From Phoronis australis (Eukaryota; Animalia; Phoronida), in assembly GCA_002633005.1 (NCBI GenBank), contig NMRA01000154.1:120216-184215 (forward strand): DNA of 64,000 nucleotides, in the 5' to 3' direction. Positions within the stretch are counted from its first letter, which is position 1. Every line of letters starts with the position of its first letter. Position numbers and translations under genes: made by a program. Under the pieces are notes generated by a model. That model was given only the letters and a program-made list of their open reading frames with translations. It searched no databases and was not told the origin of the DNA. Positions 1 to 15,100 of this stretch are shown piece after piece.

Positions 1-144
1 CATATCCCATGTTCACGCGACTTGCTTACAAGTCATCGGGAGGCCTGTTCTCGGTTAGTGTTCTTTTGAACTTGTATTTGGCAACAACCAAATAACGGTC
101 GGATTAACAAGAGCTGCTTTGTATTTGCCAGGTATCTGTTGAGA

Positions 145-282
145 AGTGTAAAAACTCAGCTCGCATTCGTTGGAAATTCCAGGTCGCATTTTGCGACTTT
201 ATACGAGCTGACAAAAATCTCAGCTCGCATTTCCAAATTTCAGGTCGCAAATGCGACCTGCAGCTCGTTATGTCGAGCCCTG
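145..282. mobile_element. Right end of CAGGGCTCGA-terminated MITE family (hAT-like)
   Basis: Ends TCGAGCCCTG; CAGGTCGC...GCGACCTG palindromes shared with 10205-10327 and 49592-50368. Confidence 0.55.
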
Positions 283-904
283 GTGGGTAATTTATTAGAA
301 CTGAACTGCATCGAGGTTCAATGATCAACTTTGGCCGACCAAGTCTCAAAGAGTTATAGTTAAGTTTTGGATGACAAAGTGTTAACAGAGAATGAAGAAA
401 AACTGAACAGAAAAAGAAAGACAGCAGTGATAAGTGGTATTAAGAACAACAAGAGCAAAAAGTCAAATAAAGAGGTCACAAATAGAAAATAATTAAGTAA
501 GGTCTATCTGGAATAAAACAATCACGATTTAATTTTCAGAACTAAAATTCTGAATCAATTTTAATCAATTTAAATATGGATATCATACCAGTAAAACATT
601 TTGCGGTTGAACTATAATTGTTGTAAGTCACTTTCCACTATTTTCTTGGCCTTTTTCTACGTGGTTTTCTGTTCTTTCAGAAGGCAGCATATGATGACAT
701 AGGTCATTATAAAATGGCTACAGACAAGGAATGCACAGTTGAAACAACTCCGCATAAATAAAAGAAAACTTTTGAATCAATGAATACTATATATTTGTGA
801 GAGTTAAATCAAATCCTATTCAGAGCATAACTTTGAAGCGGAATAATTGGGTGAGTACGGCAACAAGCCGGTTTTATGCTTAGGCGGACGACCATTGGGT
901 TGAT

Positions 905-1020
905 CCCGAGTGTACTTTTGACGAGGTGAAAGCTCTAAATCGGTGAGCGGATTTCGCCTACCGCGAGTTTAAAATACACGGGACGAAATTCGTACAGAAA
1001 GCGATGGGAAGTATTGTAGC
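905..1020 (+). repeat. Dispersed repeat fragment matching 46975-47092
   Basis: Shared ttttgacgaggtgaaa...gtgagcggatttcgcctacc...tttaaaatacacgggacgaaatt. Confidence 0.85.
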
Positions 1021-1299
1021 CCCTAACCGGCCAACCCAGGCCGAGAGCCGAGGGCGAATCGCTACTACGTCTACAACGAGTTGCTTTAGCCTGTTGTGTG
1101 CTCTATGTACTGCAATATAATACAGAATATTGGCAACTGCGTACAATGATTACAAAGTTTCCTATACTAGAGACTGTCTGTTGCATTTCTGTAAGAAAAT
1201 CTGAACCCAGAAACCGAAATTATTCCAGAAAATTGTACCTGTCCTCCGTAAATTCAGCAACAGGAGCTTTCCCAATGGGGAACGCCATATTAGTTTGCA

Positions 1300-1471
1300 G
1301 TCCCGAACAAAACTCCTGTTTCCCGTTGTGATTGGTTGAATTAGCAATCTCGATATCGGATAATTTCCTGTCAGACTCACTTCCCAGTTATCAGAAGCGA
1401 CTAAATATTGCCTTGTGTGATTAAAATACTGCTGTCAGAATGCAGTTCCATACGGTGCTGTGTAGGTGAGT
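1300..1471 (+). promoter_or_regulatory. Possible promoter / non-coding first exon of Myo9
   Basis: ATTGG box near 1331, TTTCCTG near 1364, consensus donor AG|gtgagt at 1466; no transcript evidence. Confidence 0.3.
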
Positions 1472-4400
1472 TTCTAGTTCACTGCTCGATCAACTTACTT
1501 TGTATACAATGAAATGGTTTAAAATTCTATTGTCACTGATTCAGTTGACCAAAGTCTTGGGCGGTCCTCAACTGAACGGCTGCAGTGAATGAGATAACAG
1601 TTGTCACTACGGTTGGACAGTAACCCACTACACCCAGTCGTTAGAAATTGGTGAAGGGTCAATGTGTTATGGGCTAGTTGTTGTTTCAGAGTCAATCTGA
1701 TTAGGTGGGACTTGGAAGCATTAAATTAGGACACTGATTTAATGCAATCCACTTTTTATTTTTGTTACCAGACCCTGACACATCTCAAGAAGATTTTTTT
1801 CCAAATGATGTTTAACCATATCAGAGTCAGGCTACTATGTGCACTTTTTCGAATATAGAAAGACATCTTTGGAGGCAGTTGAAGTCTTCAAGTCATTCCA
1901 GTTCCAACAAATACTTTAATGCAATCAACATTTAAATTCCGAATAGTACTTCATTTTGTCTCCAAAATAGAAGATTGAATGTTCACCATTACGGTCATTG
2001 TGCTCGAAGTCAAACGGAAACATACAGGTAGTTCTGGGGAGAGGGGAGGTCACTCGTCTGCCAGCTTTGTTTAGTTCTGGCAATACAGACGGGGACTTGT
2101 CTGTCCCTGCTCGTGAGGAGGAAAAGCAAGATAAGGCTAACCTTAGATGGTAAACACATTGTCTGTGCTAGGTAGATTAGGGAGGCTAATTCACCCACGA
2201 GCTTTATAAACTGACAAACACATATATATATATGTATTGAAGTCACCGATGGTGTAGTATGTACATGTAATGGGCATTTTTAATCACCTAAGGTGATGTG
2301 CTTAAATCTCGGTGTACTCACTGCTTAAACAGAGTGTGACATGTCACTGGTCTCATGCTATTGTAATACTTTATTGACCTGAATGAAATTAATCCACAGA
2401 ACAGCTGGGATATTGAACGAGGTAAGGGGCTTTGCATTTAGTGTTCGGCTTCAGTCATTGTTAGAAAGTGATATGAATTTTTATGAATGGAGATGATGTG
2501 AATTTTTACAAATGAAAATGATATGAATTTTTATGAAGTCCTTGTAAAACGATGTGATTGATTGTTTACCATTTGCACCGGTATTTGTGATTTTTCTTGT
2601 CAGTCGTCACCTTATCTAAAAGATACCGTTTGAAGTCAACTCAATTTAATTCCGTCGTATTTCAAGCGATGGCAAACTTTAATGCGGAGCTGAGAATACT
2701 GAGCTGTACACATGATCCGTAGGTCAAGTAAAAACAAATATAATCTTTGAAGGTCAGGGATTCTGTAGATATAGTTATTACTTCAAAGATCTTATTTTTA
2801 ATTTAAACCCAGTGTTTCGAGTAAGTAACCTTACAACTGTACCTGGCTTTTAAATACGTGTAATATGTGAGCTTCATCTAAAAAGTTAAGTATAGTTGTT
2901 TTGAGCACTGCGGGATCTACCAAGGTTTCAGAAATCGAAATTCGACGCATTGAATCTTGCAGGGCTCGATTTGGCCACCCTGTAGGTCACCAATGCAACG
3001 TAGTTTTGTTTGTCGACTTGGTATAAATTCCTGGTTACCATCAAGTTGCCAAACATAAAATCAAGCTCACACTCACAATACTACAAGAAGTAAACACACA
3101 GGTGTCAGAATCATTTAGGTGGAAATGTGAAGGGGTTGATGAATGTGTGCTGTTTGCCTGCACAGGATTTTGTGCTGGAGAGGGGAAAGTGGACCATCAC
3201 CAAGTTACACGAGAACTCCCTATTTTCGGTTCAGCAGAAAAAATAAACTGTGCAGAAGGTCATTTGCTGAATTTGTTAGATTTTCACTTCTGGTGTATCT
3301 CGTGTTTTTCGTTTTCGACTCTTGCCAACTGTGAGTTGCTTCGAGAGGCCTGAGGACATTTGCCCACCCAGTACGAGCTGGTAGCATTATTCATGTTGTG
3401 AATGCCCACGGTGTTTCAAATCATTGTCTCATCTTGGGAAGTACAGTACCATAGATCAGTATTGCATTGATTTGGTATTACCTGTGGAATAATCTAATTC
3501 GCATTGTCTACCAAATTGGTGACATTTCACTGTACCTTACTGCTATAAGTACAAATCAGAATCAATAATAAGAATACCTATTAGGGACAGTAAATGTGCT
3601 CTTTCATTTCGAAAGTATTATTCTAGAATCTGTTGTTTCTCTGGCACTTACTGATGGTTTGTCATTAATACTTAGAGTACACAGACAGCACTAGCGCCTA
3701 ATTATCACTTAATGAACATTTCGCTTTTCTACGAGTTTTCAAGCTGTTGCCTGCATTTACAAATGTGTTTGATGCTGAAGTAAGCCTTGTGCCGCTTGCT
3801 TGTAACGCACGCCAAAGGAGTGTATAATTCCTCACCAATTAAGTCGTTAAATTTGGTTTACGTAAACGAGGTCAGTAATCTTCCGGCAATTAGATTTAAT
3901 ACGCCCAATATCTCCAGATTTAGTATCAGTGTGGCAATATGAATGCGATGGATACTGCAGCGTCTTACTAATTGTTGTATGTAAGTTGCAGCAAATTACC
4001 GTCATCTTTGGCTTTTGCTGGAGTCTGTTTGCTGCCTACGTCGGGCATACGCTGCTACATCTCGTTAATCCCCGTCTCGTGAAGGATCTTTATTAAATTT
4101 GGAAGATGTATTCTTACGAAGCTGATGGGAGAGGACGATGACTTTCCCTCGGATATGAGAATGGCTCGGCCACCTTGTGACAATTTGAAGATTTTTGATT
4201 TTCCTCTAGATTTATCAACTATTAACCACTTGCAGATGTATTGGAAGACTGTGCTACCTGTAAATGCTCAGGCAGACTACTGTTGTGGCCTTTAGTGACA
4301 GATTCAAATTATTGAGGTATCTGGTTTTGGCATCTGTGTCCAACTCTGCTAAAAAAGATCGTGATGAAATTTGATGGACATATTCCTGTTGAGTAGAGCT

Positions 4401-5619
4401 GTACGAGACATTGTTTTGAGAATATGCGTTAGGGACCTTTGAAAAGTGTAAAAAGATTGATTTTGGCAATTATTTTTGTCCGTAATTGTTGATATTTCAC
4501 TGCAGTTGCGTCAAGACTCAAGGCCATCAGGCATAGATCCAGCAAGGGGTCCAGCTAGGGGATACTTTAGCTCTGTCCCTATGTACAGTTGTTGGAATGG
4601 AGGAACTTGACGCACTTCCACCCTATGTCTATCCTCTGTCAGACTTCCCTCTCTGTGGATAGTAATAGTTCTTTGTACTCTTTCAAAGTTGCACAATTTT
4701 CCAAATGCATTGTAGCATAAAACCTCCCTAATTCAGGCAAGGGATATTAAAGTTCTGTATCATAGTAATGACCAGACAATGTTTTGCGAAACTGTGCAGT
4801 TACAACAATGTTAGAAAACTTTGAGAAATGTAAAACAGGTCAATTTTGACAATTATTTTTGTCTGAAATGGGCGATATGTTACCCTAGTTCTGTTGCGCA
4901 TTTTGTTTTCTGTGTTGCAGCATGCTTTGAACATATCTTGCCATACTTCCTTGTGCATGTAATGCATCTGAAACAATAAGATTAAGTGTCACCAACTTTG
5001 TAATGTGGTTGGCATGAGATTGATTGGGGATTGAATTTTGTGTGGAGGCAGATCTGTGGTTGTCCAATTGGGCAATTAACCTACAAGCTGATTTGTACTT
5101 GTGTCCAATGGTCATGTTCCTGGGCCAACTTGTACTGGACAAATTGAGGATGCCTCAAGGGGGGCAACTACAATTTGTGTACAAAAGTCTTTACATTACT
5201 CTCCAAAATGACATGTCTGCTGCATTTTTGTGGCAGTGCAAACATGCTTTTGTTGTGAAGTGACCCAAGGCACTGAGATCTCTTAATCCAATAGCTGAAC
5301 ACATTGGACACTGTGACCATTTACTATGCAATAACATCCATGCTGTCTCACGACAGATTGACTAGAGTTCGGTATAGTTTTCTTAAATTCAAACTTAATT
5401 AGTAGTTAAAATTGTTGTTTTTTGATTTTCAAACACTTGCTATAGTGCCAAAAGTGTTCAAAATTTCATCGTGGCTTTGTTGATGATAGCTGTAGCGAAA
5501 TGTCAACTAATCGAGAAAAATTGTCTTCTTTACTTTTGTTAAAAATTTTGATAAAATTAAATTTTACTGCTCATTATTTATGAATATGTGATTGCATTAC
5601 GTTCAACTTTTCTATTTAA

Positions 5620-6112
5620 GGTTATGTATGACCTTACTGACAAGTCTATATACAATCAGCCAAATATCTACAAAACTGTTGAATTGAACTCGGCAAAAGT
5701 ATATATTTTCGGAAAGCTGAAATCCCACATAGAATTTTGACTTTATACCTGTCTGCCACTAATTAAGTCACGTGGCCTTGATTTTATAGGAAAAATCGCA
5801 AAACAGAAAGACATGTTCACAGCATGAGGATATATAAGGAGACAAGATAAGGATAAAAAGTCTCAAAAACTCTGTTACATTCAAGAATTCTAAGTTGCCG
5901 TTTCGTTTTTGTTTTATGCAGCCTCAATTTTTTCATGAAAAACCTTATGTCCTATTTATTGAGATTACCTTATACAAAAGTGGAGTATTTTAAGAACAAT
6001 TCCCAACAGAACAGTGTTTAAAAGATTCTGTTGGATCTGATGAACCATTTCTGTGATATGATGTTTCAAAATTGGCCTTAACTGGACATTTTTCTAGGAT
6101 CCTACGTAATCT
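5620..6112. mobile_element. Kolobok-like non-autonomous DNA transposon
   Basis: TTAA|GGTTATGTA start; degenerate end taggatcctacgtaatct; termini match 53492-54016. Confidence 0.6.
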
Positions 6113-9100
6113 AGAAAAATGTTTGGACCTTGGTCATGTTCTAAGCAACAGACTTGTCTCAAATTCCAAACTGAAACTTTCACATCCATTAAGTTAGTCA
6201 AAATTAAGAAGAAAACTTGTTTCAAAAACTTAAAGATTTCTTGGTTGAAACGAACTTGAGACAAATTTAAGTTTTACCTTAAAATTGGCTGAAATTTGAC
6301 ATTTGTCGTGGCTAAGTCAGTTTTCTTGGAACGGGCCCATTCTTTTAACATTTACACTTAGTTTAACTCCATATTTGAGTTGGAGAAATACGCTAACCAA
6401 ATAACACTATATGGGTTTTCAAAAGTGGTAATCTAGAAACAAGTGGTTATGCTAATTTCGGAAAAAGTCACTCAACAAAAATGCGCTGGATACACTGTGA
6501 ACTGTAATTTAGTGTCACCGCTTAGGTGCAATTATTTTGTAGTCGGGTATCACAAATTTTGTGTCTAAATGATGCCTGACTGTAAACTGAAGTTTCCGAT
6601 AATCTTGCTGATAAAAATGGCTGAATATCAAAATGATTCAGACTTTAAAAGTTGTTACTCATTTTTTCTGATTTATTACTTGCTTCAAGAGTCTTTCGTG
6701 ATAACAAAGACAACCTATAATGGTGCCTGTAGACTGTAACAGAGCTCAATGATCTTAAGGTCTATCACCTAGGGCAGCATGTAGTGTTCGTCAGGCTTGC
6801 TTTTTGATGCATGTAATTCTGACCGCTAGATGGCTCCATGCTGTTACGTAATCATCGTCTGCTAATTTTTGTTATTGCCAGGATTTATTTCTGTATGCAT
6901 TAATATTATCTACGTTTATACAATTTTCAAGGCATTAGGGCTACTGTGGTCAGAGTTAAAATGCAAAGCAAAGTAATTAGAAGCTCTTTCTCCAAAATTT
7001 ACGAAAACAAACAGTTAATTCAATAACAGGTGTAGCAACCACTAAGCATACATTTCTTGTCCCTGAGTGTTCAGAAATAGATATGCAAGTTACATAGGTC
7101 CAGTGACCAAAAGCTGTGATCATTTTACAGCAATGGACCTTTCTGATAAGATTAGAATCAAATTTTAATCATTTATGTAAATGGATAATGAACATCTGAA
7201 ACTTAGACCAAAGTGTATTGAAAAGCAAGTCCAAGCATCTGCGGGGGAGGGGGGGTGGTTTTCAATGTATTTTGACTTTAAGTTATCTCTCAGCAGGATT
7301 AATGTTTGCCTGTGGCAGTGGTGTGGAAGTACATGTAGAATGATGAACATGTACCTATCCATTCACTATGTATGTCTGATCTCAGACTTCTCTACAGTTA
7401 CGATATATGCAAACTCCCTTGGATTTGGGAAAGTTCCCAGTTAAAGGGGTTGAGTTAGTTTCAAACTACAGCTTACGATTGCTGTAAATGAATTAGTAGT
7501 TGTTGCTGTTGTGCCTATGGTCAGCTTTTTCTATTGAGCAAGGGTTGTATCACGTTTGGTGTTGTGTGTGCAAATGGGATTTGATGAGACACAAATTATA
7601 TGGAATTTTGTAACGGATGCAACGGTTTAGAACAAAAAATGGCAGACAAATGGAATTTTATTTTCTTATTTTCCACATGTGATACGAAGCACCAGTAATG
7701 TTTTGCCATATTCAAGTTCTGTAACCATCCAATATTTTGAAAAAAGCCTTTGGAAAATGAAGAAATGAGAGCTAATTTGTCAATCATATTTCTTTGAAGC
7801 TGTTGAAAAATGTGGTTAATTCCTGGTGTGCCAGCGTAGATTTGCTAAGTTCACTTTAAGTGTCTTGCCTATGTGAACTGAAAACCATAATTATTAGCCC
7901 CTCTGTTCACCTTTACACCAAACACTGACTTGATTTTCTTTTTCCTACTTGCTTTAACACTGGTGGTAGGTTGCCTGAATGTTTGGGCGCTCAGCTGATC
8001 TTTGTCCTTTCACCTCCTCTGCAAGGTATGCAAACTTTGACCACTCTATCCCCAGGCTCTACACATGTTGTAATCTTGTTTTGTCCAACAGAATCCTTAA
8101 AAACTACTGAACTGCAATTTGTTTATGCTGAAGAGTTTTCACTTAACCTAGGTCACTTGAAGTGTTCCAAAAGATATTGTGACCCTGGTCATGTCACTAA
8201 CCCTTGTCCTGTCTCTGTTTGCCTGACCTTCTGAAGTTTGCTTGAGGTTGTGTAATCTTGTTTCACAATAATGCTATTTTAAAAAATGAGGTGTGAGTTT
8301 GCTGGCCCATTGTGAGTTCACCGGGATTGGAAAATGACCACGAGTTCTCTAAAGCATCATAAAGTCATTGGAAATCCTACACATGTTCTGACATTTTATC
8401 ACACAGCCCTGCCGACCATTTCTGAGTCAGTTTCATGACATTGATTTCGTGATAAAACTGATGTCTTTCAGCCACTCGAAGGTGATCTACTGACCTAAGT
8501 GCCGCCTACAGTGAATCGGCATTGGAAAATGCACTTCAAATTTTAGACTTGTTAAAATATGCTAATTACTTTTACACCTTTGATAAATTTTGTGTTAATT
8601 TTGTGAAATCAAACTAAAGGAAAGTTCAATACATTGGAGTGACTATCACAACTGTCGGGCATAGTTTGGAACATCAATCTAATGGAAAATAGTGACAGGA
8701 AATTGAGTTTTTCTGCTATTGCGGGAGCATATTTTGTCTTCTGTAAGAACGCCTGTTACTGAGGGACATCAGGAAGACTTTCAACAATTTAGTATACCTT
8801 AAAGACGTCACCTGAAGTGTTGCAGAATCAAATTCAAATTTCTTGAAAACTGCTTATGGTAATACTACCAGACGACGTGAAATGTGGGACATTCACAACT
8901 TATCTTTTGAAGAATGAAAACATACCAATGACCATTGACAATTATTTTTTATTCATAATTGGTAAGATTTTACAGTAGGGTTTGGTATCTCTGTAGAAAT
9001 ACAACAAGGATGTTTGCTTTCATGATTTTTCACTTCATCCTTTTGAAGGGCGGGTCATGTGACATGTGTTGTCTGCTACATGAGTTAAGTACACTGTGCT

Positions 9101-10204
9101 GTTACTTGGTAAAGGAAGGTGTAACTGAATTAATGGCATAGTTGGATTAAGATTGTATGTATCTATGTTTGTGAAAGAGGACTACCGTACTAGTCCTATT
9201 TACCACCTGGACAGGCCTTCATCATGTGGGTGTACAGGGTGTCCAAATGGACAACTAAACTCGTATTTAGGCACCCTAGCATTTGGACGCCCAAGTAAAG
9301 AAGCATTGGTGGCTCTTAAAGCTTACTAAGGACACCTCTGGGAGCTCATTGGCCTGCTCAGAATAAAAAGTTTGTTAAAATATTAATATATGATGTAAGA
9401 TAAACTTTATTACAGACCCATGTCTCCACACTAACATTTCAATCTAAAGACCTTTTCATACTTATGTTGAGGTGTCAATGTTTTGGGGAGTTGTGGTCAG
9501 TTTGAACAGTTAACTTTTGCCCTGCGTCGAAGTTCACCAGTTAACTTTGCAGTAAACGAGACGGATTTAATGTTGGAGCATTGATATTTCGTCATGGTGT
9601 GAACAGTCAACTTCGATCTTATCCAAGCTATCAGCAAGGGCCACAACTATCGTGATTACATATTTGATGACGATGGTATCAGCGACCGTTTACTTCGATG
9701 TCTGTTAACTACTGAAGCCAGGATGAGCAGTACTGCTAACTTCCCAGTTTACGTTGTCATTTCTCTCATACCGGAGTTAAGTTGGCATCATCGCTCGACT
9801 TGGCCACCTGCAGGTTGATGCGACCTCCGATTATGTTTGGAGACCTGGGAAGTAGCCACGAAGTCGCCACTGCGAGTACCGAAGTCGGACAATAATTCCC
9901 TCTAAATTTGTTTCAAAGTTTGTGTTGACTTCCAAACTTTAAATTACACTTTTACAGGATTTATTACCACTGAATCACAATAATTTTGTTCTGTTCACCG
10001 CATTTGCCACCATGATTAAGATGCAAGAGGAAGTAAACAGATAAGTTGAAATTATTTTAGCCCATGCTGTTGTCTGTGTTCTGTTTGTTCTCCGATGGGA
10101 GGAAATGAGTTAGAGAATGAAGGTGCACCGATATTTACGGGCAAACTGAGTGGTACTACTCTTTGTCAACGAGCATTTGCAACGCCCGGATAAGAAACCT
10201 GGGA

Positions 10205-10327
10205 AGTGATTTAGGCACCCGCTTGAGATCTTCGGTTTCGGCGACATCATATTTCATTTGGCGACCTGGGATTTTTGCCAGGTCGCCAAAAATGCGATCT
10301 AGCGTTTAGCTAAACATCAAGCGCAGT
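10205..10327. mobile_element. Short internally deleted copy of the 49592-50368 MITE
   Basis: gatttaggcacc left-end motif joined to catttggcgacctggga..tttgccaggtcgc right-end motif. Confidence 0.55.
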
Positions 10328-11510
10328 AGTATGAATGGGCGATATAACCTGGAAGTCATGCGTCATTGATCTCCTAATCATCACCATGCACGCGATATTT
10401 GTGAAACCTAAATGAATTGTGACACCTCAAAAATCAGAGGGTAGGGGGTAACTTGTTCATGAGTGCATAAAAACCAAAATTCATTGAAGTCTGAAGTGGA
10501 TTCTTACCTGAACATTAGATGGGGTCAACGCCCAGGGAGCTTTACTGACTTAAAGAGGCCCTATACAATGTAAGGAGCTTATTTATGAAAATTATTCTGA
10601 GCTCCTTTTCAGAGGCTTCTGTTACTGGTCTGAAATAATGAAATTATTTTTCAGAAATGGTGTGGAACGTTAGGCAAAATTTATGTTTAAAATGTGGCAT
10701 AACAGCTTTTGACTTGGCATATCACTAAATTTTCTACTGCCATCATTTCCAGTTAGCCATGAATTTTCATGTGGTTACCTTCACGATTTTGGACGCTCCA
10801 GAATAATAATATAAGAATGCTAATGATCCACTTCATGTTTTTGTTTTCTCACTTGATTAAAGCTAGGGTGCCACTGAATGTGACCGATTGTCACGGTAAC
10901 GTTCAGTCCAGTTGCTTACTATTTAGGAGTTCACTTTTAATGGAGTCTCGGTCATATATAAATTGGAGTGAGTAGTAAGTCGAACATGGGGTGCGTAAAA
11001 GAGAAAATTTTTAAATTTGGTGGTTAGGTGATGAGTGAGGCATGGATGTAGTGGTGGACAAGTATGGGTCTAATTATTATGGTGTACAAATTTCTAGTCT
11101 GCCTGTGTTAGACGGAGATGTATGTAATAACTTGAGTTATGAGGGATTACCCAGATAATGGTTTTCCAAAGACTAGACTTGGCATTTGGCCAAGGAGATT
11201 GCGTGCTTGAAGAGGCTACATTGCAGTGTGTGGTGATCATCTCTTAGCGTCCTTGGTCCCTGCACTCGAATTTTTAACACTGTTCAAATATTGGTCGCAC
11301 TACCCCGCATGATTTGAGAAGTAAAAGTGTTCAGTAATATATTGACAACTATGAATTGATGTTACGAAATGGTCTTCTCTGCACCCAGTGAGTAGTAGTG
11401 TGACTAGACAGATCTACCGTCTCAACTGGCACCATTGAGACAGCGGTCATCCCATAGACCCTCCATATGTCGTATTGGCTTTTTGATGAATTATGCCTCG
11501 TACTGGATTA

Positions 11511-12130
11511 AGGTAATCTCAAGCCTTATTTAGTGGCCTCCATTCTAACTCGTATATCAAAAAATTAAGCTGTGTCAACTAGTAAAATTATATATTTTCT
11601 TAAAGAAAAAAGATCAGGGAATATGTTTTGTATTTATGTACCATTATTATTGTTATTATGCTGACACCTTTTTTAAGTCAACATTTCATTTTTAACAAAG
11701 GTAAATTCATAGCAAAATAACCTCATGATTGATTTCAATAAAACCTTTTTTAAATGAAAACTTCACCAGTTACCTCAAAAACGCTATTATGAATTTTCGA
11801 TTTGTCCTTTCGTTTGGTTTTGTATGACAAATCAAATCGCAAAATGTAAGAAATTTTTGTAAAAATGGAAGTTATATTCATCTTTGTTGCGTTATGACAA
11901 AACTATGCGTTTTATCGAAAATCCTGACAGCGTTTTCGAGATTGGTGAATAAATATTAAGTTTGGAAAGTTTCAGCGAATTCCACCAAGCCGTTTTTAGA
12001 ACTCACGTTCCTAAGCTCAAATAAAGTCGATTTGCGGAAGCCGAGAAAACTGAAATGAGTGAAAATTTCAGTCTTCGGATAATTATTCAGTGAAAACTTG
12101 TTTTCGGTAAATATTACCTATACAGTCCTT
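11511..12130. mobile_element. Degenerate Kolobok-like element
   Basis: TTAA|GGTAAT start, subterminal sequence similar to the 5620 family, attacct near 12113. Confidence 0.35.
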
Positions 12131-15100
12131 AACCCTGTTACCTATTTCAACATTCACTGGCAATGTCAACTGAATTTGCAGTGCATAATACTTAATTATC
12201 ATTAAAACATATTGTCCCAAGCCATGAAGTTTGACCTCCTACAGTGACCTACTGTAACCTACTTAAAAGTAGGCCACAGTTCATTGTTATTAACATAGTC
12301 TGTATACATTACACCTGTCAGGAGACTAATACAAAACCAAGTAAGAAACGGATAACAAACCGAGTCGGTAGTTTAAGCATGTCGTTCGAGATCGAAATAG
12401 CGAAATTTCAATTTGCTTTTCACAACTTGCTGTGTTCATGACCACAGAGGCGTGAGAAGACTCGTAGCATGTACCTGCACAACTCCCTTAGGATCAAAAC
12501 TTAAGTTTTGTCTTTGCTTTCCCCGGCGCCATTCTATGGTAAGTTCACCTCGTCTCTATTATGGCGAGTCAGTGAATGAAAGGCCGGAGGGTACATACGA
12601 AGCTGCTCTATCTGGCGGGAGATTCGGGTGACCGCCCTGTAACCTTTGACCTCAGATAAGTAGTAAACAAGTATCCACGCGGTTGTGCGGTTCCAAGGTG
12701 GGTCTGCTAAATCTTTTTTCTCTCTCTACACTGTATATATATTTTGTATTTGAAGTTCCCTGAGAATGAAGGTAAGGTATTTTGCTAGGCATATGTGAAA
12801 TATTGTAAAAATGGCCAATTTTTGTGAAAAAGGTTGGAGATATCCTCAAACCATCAAATGCATATTGCCATAAGTATACATTTTGTGTAAAGATGGACAT
12901 CTACGGAGGTCGTTGATGTCTTTTGTAAAAATCTTGTGCGTGTGCACTTCTCACCTTAAAAGTTTGTGATAGTCGTTTTAAAATCAAATCTTGGACTATG
13001 GTACAGACAGGAACCTGGTATACGTCACTACCTCCAGTGACCTCCGTATGAGTTGAATAGATTCCATGGGTGTGTTTACACTTCACAAGTTACAAATCAG
13101 TTTAAGATAAATTGATTGATACCACCCCCTCATACAAGTTTGGGAAGAATCAATTTAACGGGAAAGGCAACCTTTTTTCATGTCATTTTTAGCAAAAATA
13201 AGGTTCATTGATTATCTCAGACATATTTTTTACTTAATTACAGCTTTTCGTAATTTAATTAATTAATTGTCCTTTACTCCGGAAGTGACGTTTTGAGGGT
13301 TGTCGAGGGTTAAAGAGCATTATTTTGTTCAAAGGAACTGGAATGGAAAGTCGTTGTTAGTATCTGTTAATAAGTCAAAACCGGGTTTGGTATCATTTAA
13401 GTTGTGTCTGTGTTGTATACAGTCTGCTCTCTTAGGGAATTTTGATTTTTTGTTTTAGCAGTTTGTATTTGGATGGCCATACCTGGCCTTCGAAATATCA
13501 ATTTACTGCTTTAACACTCAAGTGGCTCAATTTTGAGGTAACTCTTGCCTTCCAGTAAAGTGAGTACTAAAGTGAGTGAACTTTGACCTTTCACATTACT
13601 AACGTTTTCGCTACAGCGAGAGTGTTAGCATTTTAGCTTGTTTTGTGAATGGGTATGAGCGGAACATGTTGTAATGTGACTGACCATGTAGACACAGCTA
13701 GATATATCTCCACACAGCTAGACCTCAACCAGGAGCCCCATTATATCCAGTTTACTTTGAAAACATTATCCTGATAATCATAATAGTTCGCAAAACACGT
13801 TACATTTACACTTGACCACAGTTTAATGGTGGCACTACCTGATGGATCACTGCTGTGCTGACAAGGTAGACCAGATTATCCCAAGATCATTGATTGGAAA
13901 GCCAGGTATAATGTTGAATGCATTAGCTAGGTCATGAAGGAATAAAGCCCATTTCACCAGTGATTGAGCCTGATCAGTGCTGGTGATGACCTCTTTGATA
14001 TGACCTCACTGGTACTGCACTGTGTGTATGTGGCTCAAAGGAGACTATTGAGGTACCGTATTCAGGAATGATGTTGAGGAATGAAGGGGTAGTCTGTGGC
14101 TAGTCTCTACTAAAATAAACCAGCCCCTTGTCTGAGCATGCTAGCTAGTCAATTGACTGTTCCAGTTCACTTGGTGGCGTATTCCATCACATGTTGAAGA
14201 GTGTGCAGTTGGCAAACATTCATTTAGAGAGATAACTCAAAAATGGCCCTGTTGTAGGTAGCTTCCTTGAAAGAGTCGCTCTTTCAGGCTCGGAGATGTC
14301 TTCAAGAAAGCTATTTGATGAAGCGTAATTCTTGTTTAGGAGAAATTATGCAAAATTATCAGGGATTATGTGGATGTCCAAGCTCTATTGAGTGTGGGGT
14401 TAATTCCATAAACATAACCCTTATGTAGGTATTCATGGACAGAGGTGTGTCTTTTTAACCCATTAAGCTAGGCTATGGCATATTGAGGAATGGTTGCAAT
14501 GTTGTCAAAACTCAGCTGACCTGGTGCAGCCAAGGTTTTAAAAACATCAATTGTATTAAAAATGTAGATAATATGAAAAATATGAATAGTGTTAAATATG
14601 TAACAAAGATTAGAGTATGGTCAGTGTTCTTAAGTAAAGCAAAAATTGTCTTCTAGTTCTTTCAGTTTTGTTTATTAAAATCGTACAAATAGTAGAATGA
14701 ATGAAAATAGTTCGTTGATTATACTTTTAAGTTAGAAGTTTTAAGTAGTCAGCCATTCTGTTATACAGCGTACTCAATGAATGATAGTCAATATCAGTTA
14801 ATTGTTACCGTGTAGAGGCTGTCAGGTAAGTGTCAAACACAGGTAATATCACAGTCAATACCTGGGCTACTAGGCAACACCACCTAATCATCATTGAGGG
14901 GGGGTGCCACTTTTTGGGAGTCCTGCAATTCTTATGTTCTAAATACAAGTCTTGCTTCCAAAGAGTAATTGTTTTGTACCGTCAGTCATGTTAGGAGGTT
15001 GTACATAGTGACATCCACTGACAGTTGGTGAAACCATTGGTGGTTGCCATAGGGATATTAAAAAACATTTCACTGACACCTGTAAACAGCTGTGTGACCT

